From Chara braunii (lineage: Eukaryota > Plantae > Charophyceae): DNA of 64,000 nt. Each line of letters opens with the position of its first letter. The stretch's first letter is position 1. The notes beneath the pieces are model-generated. The model had not been told where the DNA came from and did not search any database. It was given only the letters and a program-made list of their open reading frames with translations. Of this stretch, positions 12,011 through 25,191 are shown in pieces. A program made the translations under genes and the position numbers. The stretch lies in the NCBI GenBank assembly GCA_003427395.1, contig BFEA01000005.1, positions 4,743,075 through 4,807,074 on the forward strand, written 5' to 3'.

Positions 12011-12665
12011 GTTTCGTCCAACTTGTCCTGTCTGGTCCAAATATTTTGCAAAACTTTCACCTTACGTCCAGGCCCTGCGGCTGTGCTCTCCGTGCCCTCT
12101 CGGCCGCCAGCTCAAAATAATGGTTCGATGTGTTCACCGCGCCCAGAGGCACCCTTCGAAGTGGTTCGACGGCAGTCAAATAGCCGTCCGACCAGAGCTC
12201 CAAGAAAGATCTAACGGTCAATAGGCAATGGAGGAGCTTAGGTTGGGGAGGCCCGGTCCGGACAGACCGTCCCACGGCGTGGGGCTCCCAACGAGCAATG
12301 CGCACACCCGGAGGTAGTCGCGGATTATCGGAGCCGCCCATCTTCCGGCCGGAGCTGCGCGCATGTGTCGTGGGGGCCATCAGCGGGGTTCGGACGGGAA
12401 ATACCGCGAAGAAACCCGAGCAGGCTGGTTCTGAAGGGAGAAGAGCTGCCGAAGACTGGTCCCTTTTGATCGGGCATCCGACGGCGGCATGTTGGACACA
12501 GGCGGTGCTGGGCCACACAGTGTGAAATGTGGTAAAGTGTACGTGACGGGTATTGAAAGGTTCTTCACGCTCTCGGCCATAGCCGGCAGAGCTAAGTAGA
12601 GGACACGTAGCATATCGCAGCCCCTTCTCGAACTCGAGCCGACTGCCGAAAGGAGGACGTTCAAG

Positions 12666-12722
12666 ATGACGGCCGAGACGGCAGCTGAGGTCGCTAAAGA
12701 GCTGGAGGCACAGAAGCATGAG
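12666..12722 (+). CDS. NACA: NAC alpha subunit, coding exon 1 (MTAETAAEVAKELEAQKHE)
   Basis: ATG at 12666, 19 codons, then donor GTGAGA at 12723 (phase 0); joins exon 2 in frame. Confidence 0.8.
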
Positions 12723-13186
12723 GTGAGAGAGTGCCTGAACATCGCCAGTCTCTTTTTGCGGTCGTCGTCTTTTCGATCTTCACTGTTTGATATAATCTTA
12801 TGCTTTCTTTGGGACCCTCCGGAAGTGAATGGCCATTGTAGTCCATGTCCTATGCCTCGTCGCTGACGCGAACACTTGGCGGCGTATTCTGCGTGCCGGC
12901 GCATGCCACATGCCGCCATCTATGAAAAACAGTGGAGACGGGATTCAGATTGGCCGGCTGACGTGTCCTTCTGTTTGTTGTCTTGCCGATCGATCGCTGC
13001 TTTGTGATTATTCGTGAATGTCATCAGTCCCAGTCAAATGTAAGGCACGAAATGTGTGGCCGGCCGGCTGCTTTTGCTTTATCATTCTTCGAAGTTTTGG
13101 CACGTTGACGAGGCTGTTTTTTGATGAATGTGGCAGAATTATGTGTTCCTATTGCTGATTGATATGTGTTGCTCTCTATGTTGCAG

Positions 13187-13277
13187 GAGCCAACCGTCGA
13201 GGACGTAAATGATGACGATTCGGATGACGAGGAAGATGATGACGACGTTCCCGACCTGGAAGAAGCCCAGCATGAAG
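13187..13277 (+). CDS. NACA: NAC alpha subunit, exon 2 (EPTVEDVNDDDSDDEEDDDDVPDLEEAQHE)
   Basis: Acceptor ...ctctatgttgcag ends at 13186 and donor GTACGT starts at 13278 (phase 1). The acidic tract ending in VPDLEE is typical of the NAC-alpha N-terminus. Confidence 0.92.
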
Positions 13278-14869
13278 GTACGTGTCTTTACTGATCTTAT
13301 CTTTATACTAGGCATCCGGAAAATTCTGTTCTGATGCATTGAATGGAATCAGATTTGGACTGCTATATACTATGCCTTCTATTCCAAACAGTCTCTGTCA
13401 TCTGTCGTCTCTTTTTCCTTCCCTTAGACGATATATGCCAGTTTATGGCAGTGTATCTCGCGAGCAGGTGCTCTCTGTTGGAGTGTGAGCCTCTTTTAGC
13501 TCCTCCTTGGCGTCGTTCTCCCGCACTCTTGAGGGCGTGGTCTCCATGGCTGTGCTATCCGCCAGGTCATGACGATTACTCCCATCTCGTAGGTCGTTTG
13601 TCAAGTTCTCATCGACAAGTACTGAGACTGTAAATGAGTTTGCTTCGTTTCTTTTGTATGTTCTTTTATCGATGTTGTAACCTATTCTTACTTTGGTGTG
13701 CGTGCTGTCGACTGCATGATTCGATCAATGCCTTCTGAGAGGGCCTCCGTCGTCGAATTGTATTCTCCGCGCCTCCTTTGCTCTCTTTTCGATTTCACTG
13801 CTTGCTCGTTGTCTTCCTGATCCCTTCATCGAGTGTCCGAATCCCTGGGGATGTGTACTTATGCCCTCGTACTCAAAACCTTCCGTTAAGCCTCTCGCCT
13901 TTGCTACGCGCGAACTGGTTTTAGTCTTATGTGAACTCCTTCAGCTCTGATTCCGCAGCATATTTTTCGGGCGTGTTTAGCTCGTGTTATTTGGATCGAC
14001 TCATATTTACGAGGGGCGTCATGAGTGAATATATTGGAATATGTTTTGTGAGGCGCTTCAGCATGTCCAGCCGTGACTGCTATCCCTTTCGCGTGTCGTT
14101 TTGCTTTCTTCTCTGAGGTTTTCTTTTCCCTTCGAAAGAGTTATGTGGCGTGCGGGGCATAGGCAAAATTGTCGTATCTATTCGAACCCTAGCCAGGCAC
14201 AAATCAGCACCGCGGATGCTGTATTTGTCCTGAGGTTTGTTAGGTCATGGCGCACATGCCATATCTGAGCCCTAGCTGCGACTTAAGTTTCAGCCAGCGA
14301 TGTTCCCCCTCCAACAGGGGTCTTACGTCGTGGAAGATCTGCTCGGCGTGAGGTTCCGAATTGTGGCTCCCCGGTGTCGTAGCCCTCCTTTTTTTCGTGC
14401 TTGTGTATTGGCCGTCTTCTTCTGTGTTTTGTATCTTGTGCCGGATCTTGATTTACTCAGCCAATCAATTTTCGATGGCCGGTTGTTCAATCTGAGTTCT
14501 TCAAATTTTCCATACGTTGGGTAAAATTTCCGTGTGTTCCTTTCCACCCTGCATGTTCTGCCTCTCTCTTGATTACCATCTCCGGCTTGTGCATCCTTGC
14601 GAGTGCACATTCAAAAATTTCCCCTCCTGTCTATTTTCTACTCTGGCTTCCTCATAAGTGGGGTATCACGTCATACCTAATTTTCTCTATTTGCCTGTCA
14701 CATTAAATTTGCAAGTCCCTCAGACTCGTGCTTCGCGCGTCCCTCGGACTCGTTGTACGATCACCTTGTTCGTCTACCTGTAACGAGTTTCTTTGGGATT
14801 CATATCTATGCCTGACCTCCGTGCCTATCTATCCAATTATTTTAGTGCTTGCCTGTGTCCTCACATCTA

Positions 14870-15810
14870 CTCTTATGTGCGTGGCTTTATGCCTGGGTTG
14901 CTCTCCTCATGCTCCGCTTCCCTCCACCTGCGTTGATCCTCTCCTGCGGCGCTCCAATCTTCCGCAACTATTTCCTTCGTGGGTTCTCCCGTCCCGCCTG
15001 GCTTTGAAGTCTGCTGTTCCCCTCGTCCGTGACCACCCCCTCATGCGCGACTTCCCATTGTTGCGAGTCTTTCCCGCGTGCTTTTACCGTCTTGCGTGGC
15101 GCTCGCTCGTCTTGCGGGGCTGTTTCATATCTTGGGTGGCTCTCCCCGGTCTTGCTTGCCTCTCCCCCATCTTGCGTGGTCTTGCGTGGGTCCGTTCATG
15201 TCTTGCCTCTCCGGGGTCCTGTATGGATCCTCCCATTTTGGCTGCGCCCCCCGTCTTGGCTTCCCCTCTTTCATATCTTTCGCCCTCTTGTGTGGACCCC
15301 GTCTTGGTCGGCCCCCCCTCCTTCGTGGGCGTCCTCCGCACCATGCAATTCCCGTGCTCTTGCTCGGCCCTCTTGGCGGTTGCCTCTTTCTTTTCCGGCT
15401 CCCTCCGGTCTTGCGTGCCCTCCTGTGAGGCTTCCCCCTTCGTGGTTACTGTCACCCTCTTACGTGGCTCACTGTCCTCTTGCGTGGCCTATCCCCCTCT
15501 TGCATGGCCCACACCCGATGTGGTTCTTCCTGTCGTGTGGCTTACCGTTGAGTGGAGCATCCCTGTTTTGTGACGACAGCCGTGTTGTGTGGCTCACCCT
15601 CTTGCTTGGTTCAGCCTCTTTCGTCGCTTACCCTACTCCTGCGTGGTACGACCCGGTTTTGCGTGGCTCAATCCCTTTCGCGGAGTAACCCGCTTTTGCG
15701 TGGCTCAGCTCTCTCTTTTGGCTTAGTTTTGTATGGCGGCATGCCTGCGCGGCTCCCCTTCTGCAAGACTATGCTTCTGCGTGGCTTCTTTTCTGCGTAG
15801 CTGCCCCCCT
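14870..15810 (+). repeat. Degenerate ~19-bp minisatellite (core TTGCGTGGCTC) in NACA intron 2
   Basis: About 20 recurrences of tgcgtgg-like cores, with ~18-21 bp spacing over 15410-15800. Confidence 0.75.
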
Positions 15811-18553
15811 GCTAGCCAGTCTTTTCCGCACCTGGGATGTTTACTTTTGGCTCCCATCGGCGGCTCGAAGATTGCGGTTTTCGAGCTGCGTGACTTCATT
15901 GGTGTGCTTTTCGGTTCCAAATATAGTCTGTTTTTTTCCGTTTACCAAATCCATGTTTCCTTCTTTCTCATTGTTATCATCTGCTGCGTGTCCGCTTTTG
16001 CTGATCTTTCTCTACCTCCCCATAAATCATCTGTTCTGCCTCCACACATCTAGATGGAGCGAGCTTGTATACGATCTCGCCTTGCTACCTTGCTGCATTT
16101 CATCTTGCTAATTAATCATCCCCCGTTTTTTCCTGGTCTCTCTTTCTCCGCTTCTTTCGTTGGTGGCTTGCCTTTGTTTTTCGGTGTGTTTCCTCTTCAT
16201 TATGTCTTGTCATACCATCCTACAGGGACGTGATCTTAATACCGCTTGCTATTATTTACTCATGTCTTGTTCGCCTGTGCTACCATGTATTCCATCGTCA
16301 TATCCAATACTTGATTTGGTCCTCTCGCTGACCTTTGCAAACCCTACCATGGCAGTCTTTTGTCCTGAGCATTTCCATCGGCTCTCTTTGGAGTCTGGGC
16401 GGAATCTCCCCAGAAATCGCCTTTGATGCACCCACTTTTTCAGCCATTGCCACTAAAGTCGTGCTGGCTTCTCCATTTTCTGCGTGGATTCATGCTTTTG
16501 TGCAGTGTTTCTGTCTCTGCCTCGTCAGTCTGGGCCGCGTGTTTTGCCACCTCGCCCACTTTGCGCTTTGATTACCCCTCTTTTTCGTCTTTCCTTGATC
16601 TTGTGCTCGATTTCTCAGGTATTAATTTTTTGTACTCAGTGTCCATCGCGTTCTTCCTAATGAACCCTTTCCATTTACCAGTACTTGTCCTCCTATGCGG
16701 GCGTAAATGTTATCCTATGTTTTACTTCCTTTTGATCTGTTCGTACGGCCCCATTCAGTTCGGCTGTGGCCTACGTTCTTTCAGGTTTAGCACTTGTTGT
16801 CATTTTAGTCTGCCTGGGTTTTTTCTGCCTCTGTTTTTTTTATGTTTTGCTCCATTGAGGCGGGGTTTGCCGTTCGTTCGTTGATTGTTTCTCTGCTTTC
16901 CTCGCGTTTGCAATTTTTTTGTGGCTTCATTTTGGATTTAAATTCTCTATGAATTTGGGGCCACGTGTTGCGCTTGTTTATCTTTGTCGTGTCGTTTCTC
17001 TTGTTCTATCTAGGGTTCTTGATACTCTGTCTGCTTCACAATTCAGTTTCCTACGGTTTAGTCTTATCTCTCACACATCAGGTGTGTCGATTTCACTTTT
17101 CTTCTCGCTTGCATTGTTTATTTATCCCTCGTTTTCCGCTTTCCTCTTCTGAGTTGTCTTCACCCTATGTAGATCCTGCCTAGTCTCGATTTCGCGTTTC
17201 TGTTCACACAGTACTTTCCGTCTCGGTTTCTTCTTTTCCCTCCCATGTTGACTTTCATTCTATATGAGGTTGTCTCATTTCCTGTCGGCGCTCTCTTTTT
17301 CCAACCATCATACCGTTGTCTTCGAGTTTCGTTCTCTGCACTCCCTCTCCCCTTTGCCTTCGGCCGCTGTCCGCTCTCTCCCTTTTTGCCTTATGAGGAA
17401 TTCGGGTCTCGTTTTCTTACGAGCACTTTCCCCTTGTCTGTATCACGCCTGTACTCTCAAGTATTACTCTTCCCCCATCTTCCCTGCCCTGCTGTCGTTT
17501 GCCTATGATGATCGGATTCGGGCATTTTCGCCAGCGATGTCTGCCCTTGTCACCCTCGGCTGGCCTGCCACCCCGCCGCCGCCTCGTTGTCCTGTCGTTA
17601 CCCTATGCCTGTGCTGTCCTGTGTCTCTCACGCTCTCAGATCATAAGCCGCTCGCAATTTCGTCGGTCGGTGTGAGATTTTTATCGTGTATTGTCTTTTT
17701 GATCCCTCTCGGTCGCCCACTGCTTGTCCAGCCTATGATCAATCCTGTGCATTCGGATTACTCCCACTGCACTCGCCCGTCCGTTTGTGCTTTTGGATTA
17801 TTTCACGCATGTGTTTCGCTTCCTTCGTTTATTGTAATATACGCTACTGTTGTGGCCTTTTACTTCTCCGCAGAGCTATTTTCTGGACCCGCCATGGCTG
17901 GCATGGTTTTTATCTTTCCGCCTTCCACTCGTCTTCGGCTTTCGGCCTTTTCCTTCGTTCGATTCCTTTCTATTTTCTTTTTCTTGACCTCCACCCTCCC
18001 GTTCGCTTGCTGTTTTTTCTCGCTTGTCTTTCCTTCCGTCCCTGATTCTCTCTTTGCACTTTTCTTTCCTTCATATGTCATGCTGTCTTAATTCCTCTTC
18101 GTGCTCCCGTGTCGGTTGTTGTTGTCGTTCTCATGCCCTGGCTACTTGCAATTCTGCACCGTCCGCGCATCATTCAAGACTTTTGTGAATTTGGCCCCGT
18201 ATACGTACGTGAAACTTGGCTTACTTTGCCCAGGTAAGTTCAGGAATTTCTCAAGTCTGTATTTCAACAGCTTGTGCGTGTACCAACTGAGCTAGGCTTG
18301 TCAGTGTGTGGAACTTGTAGCCGCCCAGAACTTCCTAAGATATCTGTTTTGACACTCAACGCCTGGGTTTGCTGGGTTGCTAATGTCTCACGAACGCCTC
18401 TTGGGTCTTTTTTCCTCCCGGGATTGTGTGCTGCTGTATACAGTGTAATTGCGTCCACGAGATTCGATATCGGCGAGGAGGTGGCTCCCTTTTTCAGTTT
18501 CCTTGTCAAGCTGTAAATAACCGTTCTTTTTCCCTAATGCCGTTTAATTTTCG

Positions 18554-18695
18554 TTTCCATTATTCTTCCGCACTGTAGCCGAATGATGTGAGCCATTGCC
18601 GTCTCCTCACTCTTGATGCCGTGTGACTTTCTTTTCCATTATTCTTCCGCACTGTAGCCGAATGATGTGAGCCACTGCCGTATTCTCTCTCTGGC
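18554..18695. repeat. Tandem duplication, 79-bp period
   Basis: tttccattattcttccgcactgtagccgaatgatgtgagcca occurs at 18554 and 18633. Confidence 0.9.
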
Positions 18696-19100
18696 GGGTG
18701 TATTGCCCTCCCCCTGCCTCCCTTTTTGGTGCTCAGCCTACAATGGTGATCTGTTTTCCTGCTTCTGAACGCTTTGCTTATTTGCGGATATGCCACGAAT
18801 CGGCATTGGGCCGAATGAATCGTTTTGGTCTGTTAGTAAGAGGTGGGATGGACCGTCTATCAGTCGGAAGATGATTTGCCGTTTCTGTTTGCTATTGGCC
18901 GCGGGATGTGCTGCAGATACTGAAGTGCGAGCCAGAAATGAACGAGTAAGGATATTCCAGGCAAGGCGCGAGTGTGTGAATAGCGTGCAATCGTTTGAAT
19001 GTTATCTGATGTTTGGTGCACATGTTTGTCTAACCGCCGCACCTCGCTCAATCGTTGACACTGCGCTCGCTGATGTGTGTTGCACATGTTTTTTGTGTAA

Positions 19101-19325
<225 letters not shown>

Positions 19326-21374
19326 TAACGCGGTTCCTCTTCGACATTTCCTGACGGAAGGCGTAATTAATCCTTCCTCGTGACGTGGATATTAGCACTG
19401 CAGGTAGTCCAGAGGGTGCTGCCTGCTTTTATCAAGGCTGGTGTGCTCCGCACGTCCTGTGATGTAAAGAAACAACTATTGCGAAGAGAAATGGAGAAGA
19501 AGGAATAACTCGAGAGCAAGAGTTGGCTTGGTGTCACTTGAAGTTGAATCCGTATTCCTCATCGGATGTTAAACACAAACGGCAAGGTTGATCTTGGGAA
19601 AAGAACGTCGGGTGGCGAAGTTGATCTTCAACTAGGGAACGGAAGGCACTGATATTGAGGCTTGATTTGTCCCGCGAGGAGGGCAGTTGGAAGATGAATT
19701 GGGGTCATTATGGTTCTCTGATGTACCGGGTCCGTACTGTGGTGTTTGGTTAATGCTTGCGAGAACCCGAGTTTACTGTTGTGAACAAATGCCTGAGACT
19801 CCGTAATTCTGGATTTTGCAGACTAGGTTCGAAACCGTGCTGAGTCTGTCATCGATCTTATGGAATTTTGAGGCAGAGAGAACATCGGCTTGATCTATGA
19901 ATCCAACAGACATTTCCACAGCGAGTTTATGGAAAGGGGAGGGGAGATATTCATGGTGGTCATGTATTTCTTATCTTGTCTAAGGTGTTTGATTGCTGGA
20001 AGATTTGACACTGCGTGGTCTGAGAGATTGTGACTCTCCATGAGAGTTTGTTCTTCACGTTCGGTGAACTGCATGCCAGAACCTCAAGAACATCAACAGG
20101 GAAGCTAGATGCTCAATGACTGTGAATTGCGCAAGAAAGTACAGAATGGAAGAGGCCTTCTTTATCTAGTAATCAACGTTTCTCCAGCCCAAAGGTGCAG
20201 GGAATAGCTAGGCCGAAAGGGGCGTGTATCTTGAAGAGCAGGGTAGTGGATTGCACGGGAAGGGAGCGGAAACCAAGCTATGATACATCTTCTATGGCCA
20301 AGCTTCTGTGAGGAGCTGTAGGTTGAATTTGCAGAGCAAGGAAATGCTGATTATCATGTGATTGCTGCCCGCAAAGTCCCTTTGAGACTCACTCTGAGTC
20401 GGATAGTATTGGTTGATGATGCGCGATTATTATCGTTTAACGATTATAGTGGGCTTGAACAGGCGACCTGTCTGTCATCCATGATGGACACGACGGACTT
20501 CCAGGTCTACTCACATTGGGCGGTGGGTCTGGCGCTGTTCGGTGCTGGTGTCAATTCTGTTCTCTGATCACACAGAATACAAAACAGGCCGAGGAATCCG
20601 TCTTGACGTGCGTGATCTCCAGCGGTAGCACTCCGACCGGTCTACATTCGTCAGTGGTAATCTGTACCAGGGGGACAGGAAATGTTCTTGATGTGCATAA
20701 TCTTCCCGTGATGTGCGTAATCTTCCAGTCGACCTACAGATGTCCGAGTAGGTTCTGAGATCCCTATCCCTACATTTATAATATCGCATACGCGAGAAAT
20801 CTGCCATCCGGGCCGTCCCGGTCCTACCGGCCCGACGGTTCGGATTGTCACCTGATCTTAAGACTTTTAATCTCGGCCGTTGGCCAACTGGTATACGGTC
20901 GATCGTGGCCCGATCTTAAAATTTTAAGATCGCACGACCATCTGCCCCGTCGGGCCAGGACCATGGACGGCCTGGATCATCGCGCGACGGTCGACGGCCC
21001 AGATCGTGGCCCGATCTTAAAATATTAATATCGCACGACCATCGGCCCCGTCGGGCCAGGACCATGGACGGCCTGGATCATCCCGCGATCTTAGAAGTTC
21101 GCAGCACAACCGAAGTTAGGGCTATCAGGCGTGGGGAGAATGCGGCTCCAGGCGGGCCGGTCTCCTCTAATCGTATAGGGCGCCAGCGTTTCGGCCTCCG
21201 TGCGTATCTTTTGTTGCGCACGGAGCCTGTGTATAGCGAACGAGACAATGCGCACTCACACGGCTTCCCGCCACCCGCCCGCCCGCTCGAACAAGAACAT
21301 GCACAAACACGCATATGGACGCACACACGCACGAACACATGCACATGCACGCACGCACGCAAATGCATCATGGG

Positions 21375-21431
21375 CAGACTGTCGGGGTTCAACCTCCTGA
21401 TGAGTTGGTGAAAGTCCAACATAACAATCTG
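21375..21431 (+). ncRNA. Decayed type III hammerhead ribozyme motif, copy 1
   Basis: CAGACTG-TC / stem I GGGG-TTCAA-CCTC / CTGATGA / stem II GTTGG-TGAAAGT-CCAAC / ATAA (canonical GAAA) / CAATCTG. Confidence 0.65.
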
Positions 21432-21508
21432 GCACAGTCGGGCTTTTCCGGGGGGTTCACGAAACACACGAACCGTGGGTGGGTGGGTGTGCTGAAATGC
21501 ATCACGGG

Positions 21509-21565
21509 CAGACTGTCGGGGTTCAACCTCCTGATGACTTGGTGAAAGTCCAACATAACAGTCTG
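21509..21565 (+). ncRNA. Decayed type III hammerhead ribozyme motif, copy 2
   Basis: Same layout 134 bp downstream, with perfect stem III (CAGACTG/CAGTCTG) and intact CTGATGA. GAAA is changed to ATAA and there is a C-C mismatch at the base of stem II. Confidence 0.65.
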
Positions 21566-21653
21566 GCACAGTCGGGCTTTTTTGGGGGGTTCACGAAATA
21601 CACGAACTGTGGGTGAGTGGGTGTTCTCGTGTGCGCCTGCGCGTGCGCACGAG

Positions 21654-21685
<32 letters not shown>

Positions 21686-22468
21686 AGGTAGAGAGCGAGA
21701 GAGAGCACTCAAGCTCACCACCATGACGACGCTGACTGATGGAAATGAGGATGACGACGGCGATGAAGATGAAAGATGATAATGGTGTCGGGAAAGGGGG
21801 CCGAAACAGGCTATAGTGGTTTTGTTTTTCTTTTCTACTGAGTCTGATCGCGAGGGGGAGACGAAGACGAGGAGAAAGGCGAGAAATAGCAAAAGAAACA
21901 CGAGGGAAAGGAAGGCGGAAGCCGAAGAGGAGGGAGGGTAGGGAGGTACAAAGAGATGGAGCTGGTGGAGGAGAAGGGGGAAGAGGAGGACAAAGGAGAG
22001 ACGAGAAGAGGGAAAGGAGGGGGCCGAAACAGGCTATGGTCGTTTTGTTTTTCTTTCCTACTGACTCTGATCGCGAAGGGAGACGGAGCAAAGCGAAGGG
22101 AGGACGAGGAAGAGGGAGAGGAAGACGTGGAGGAAAAGCAAGGTGAAAGCTTAAAGGAGGGAGTGTAGGGAGGTAGAAAGAGATCGAGCTGGAGGAGGGG
22201 AAGTGGGAGGAGGACAAAGGGGAAGGACGAGAAGAGGAGGGAAAGGAGGAAGAATTGGAAAGGTTAGGGGGAAAGTCGAAAGGGTGGGGGGCGAATGCTA
22301 GAGGTGCGAAATGGCACCACATAGATGCGCCATGTGGCGCGGATTTTTTCGTTTTCTCTTTTCCGTTATTTGTTTGTTTGTGTTTGTGTGTTTGTGTTTG
22401 TGTGTTTGTGTTTGTGTGTGTGTTTGTGTGTGTTCGTGTGTGTGTGTGTGTGAGAGAGAGAGGGGGGG

Positions 22469-22499
22469 NNNNNNNNNNNNNNNNNNNNNNNNNNNNNNN
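22469..22499. other. Assembly gap (31 N)
   Basis: N run. Confidence 0.99.
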
Positions 22500-22615
22500 G
22501 CCGGGGGGTTGAAGGTGGGAAATCGTGAACGTGGCTAGGATACATGGTGCGGAATCGTGCTTTCTTTTGACTTCTCGGTTTAATGTGTTTGTGCACACAC
22601 ACACACACACAGAGG

Positions 22616-22657
<42 letters not shown>

Positions 22658-22914
22658 GTGGGAAGGGGAGAGAGCTCGGGGGAAGTCGAGGTGGTCTTCG
22701 GTGGGTTGAAGGCGTGATGTCGTTTTTCGTTTCCTGTGTTCTTTTCGGTTTGTGTTTGTGTGTGAGAGAGAAGGGAGATAGAGACATAAAGAGAGAGAGA
22801 GAGAGAGATGGGTGAGGGGGAAACCGGTCGACTTCGGCGGTGGGTGGGGGGAGGTGAAAGTGCGCAGCGTGACACAATCTGTTTTCACGGTTCCTTTTTT
22901 TTTCCCGTTTCGTT

Positions 22915-22945
<31 letters not shown>

Positions 22946-23321
22946 GTGACGGGGGAGGGGGAAGTGTTAGCGGGGAAGGGGAGATAATGTAGAAGTCTGT
23001 GCAGGGGGCGGAAGGGGAGATCAGGTAGAAGTCTGTGGATTTTCTTCGTTTTCTGTTTTGTACGGTTTCTCTGTGTGTGCGTGTGTTAGAAAGGGAGGGG
23101 AAGGGGAGATAAGGTAGAAATCTGTGCAGGGGGCCATACGTGTTATTTTTCGTTTTCTGTTTTTTACGGTTTCTGTGTGTGTGTGTGTGTGTGTTAGAGA
23201 GAGAGAGAGAGAGTTTGCATCTGTCGGTTGCCTCCAGATTTTCTGCATCACCGGTCGCGTTTGTTCTTGCGATTGAAGCGGTAATAGGTCATGTAGTATT
23301 GGGCTATGAGTGCTGTGCTAG

Positions 23322-23756
<435 letters not shown>

Positions 23757-24293
23757 AGAATCTCGTGTCTTACCACCGTATAGCCTAGCTGAGAAGCGTG
23801 GTCAGCGGTGCTGCGTGTTGCAGTTTTGGGATCTTGTCACATGACCACGTTCTTATTGCGGGAAATATAAAGACGAGTAGAGTTTTGCCACGGTTGTGAT
23901 TGCTTTGTCTTGGGAGGATGTGTTGGCCGCGAGGTCGGAAGTCTTGCAGAGCTGTTGGGAATGGTTTTGGGTGGATCTGATGTACATAGACAAAGGAAGG
24001 GAGGAATGAAATGGGAGGGAGAGAGGGGTAAGGGGACTTCTGGGTGTGGGAGTGTTGCCCGTTCGCATGAAGAAGAGGTAGGATGAGGATGTATGTGGTG
24101 CGGTGTGGCAATGATAAAAGATGCTGTGATGGCCAGAGTGGAGGCAGACATGCGCTGTTCTTTTTCCCTGTCATTTTCTGTCTCCTGATTGTGAGAGCGA
24201 GGACAGACTTGTTGCTGATTGCGAGTGGTGGCTATCGTTGTCCAAGTGGAATCTTACCTTTTTTGCTGGTCTGGAGCTGTAGGGTGTACGTGT

Positions 24294-24553
24294 CAGCAAA
24301 AGCCGCCTGGCTATGGAGCATCAATCTGATGTGCGAGTATGTGTTCTCTGATTCACCGAAATGTTTTCTCAATTGACACCTTGTGTTTCGAGTCGGTTTT
24401 TCTATGGTGAAGCAGGCTGGTATATGTTGTTCGTTTTTTCTACGTTGAAGCAGGCTGGTATATGTTGCTCTGTGAAGTCGGTGTTGGGGTGAAGTGCAAC
24501 CATGTTTGGACTTAAATGCGTTGTGGACAGGATGCATATGAGTCAGCTCATAT
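24294..24553 (+). repeat. Dispersed direct repeat, copy A (copy B at 29865-30097)
   Basis: cagcaaaagcYgcctggc...tgcgagtatgtg...gattcaccgaaa...gtggacaggatgcata...gctcatat is shared by both. Confidence 0.9.
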
Positions 24554-25191
24554 CTGAATGGTTCTGATGGTGATCGGCGTCTTTGTTTGACGGTGCGCGA
24601 TGTCACTTATTTCTATCCTTCGATGTGGTGGTGTTCATGTTGAGTGGAGTATTTCTTTCCTGAGCTAGCGCTCGTGTGCTATGGCATTGCTAACCTATTT
24701 GAAATCCTTCGGAAGTGTTTCAATTTCGTCGTTATGTATAAGCGTGGAGTGCAGTGTCCGAGTCCTGCAAACTCTTTGCTTTGTAAAGTTCAGTTTACGA
24801 GTGTTACAAACTCTGCGTACGGATTCACTCTTGGTTACATGAGAGTGGGGACTGCAGTGCTGAGTGTTACAAAATCAGCATGGAAGCCTCTGGTATTCCG
24901 AGTATAGTTGGATGGCTGTTATCGTGTAGTGGAACCAGGACGTGTTGTTCTATTGAAAGAGATGTACTGAATGCTTTGTCGTTCCGAAGATCATGCATGA
25001 GCAGCAGGTGAAAGGGCGAGTCTGCAGCTGGTCTTGGCAGTTACGAGAATGAGAATTGAACGGAACAATGTACATGGAATTTCACTCGTGCGTCCAATAG
25101 TCTTTGCAGCTCTGGGCTGTTAAGTGCGCTAAAGGAAGGGGGAAAGAAATTGCATTGTTACGGCCCGAGTTCAGTATGGTGCTCTATTTTA

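Larger units (their letters stand above)
20767..23220 (+). mobile_element. Non-autonomous repeat element in NACA intron 3 (Helitron-like 5' end; 3' end not found)
   Basis: Starts A|TCCCTAC. The first ~110 bp and the gggcagactgt segment are homologous to 25192-26848. Contains 101-bp and 134-bp tandem duplications and GA/GT microsatellites. Confidence 0.5.

Noticed and set aside
14728-18091. ORFs of 150-281 aa in NACA intron 2
   Set aside because: By-products of A-poor composition (few stops); low-complexity L/S/P/F/C translations.
21591-22888. 428-aa and overlapping minus-strand ORFs
   Set aside because: Microsatellite-derived and spanning an N gap.
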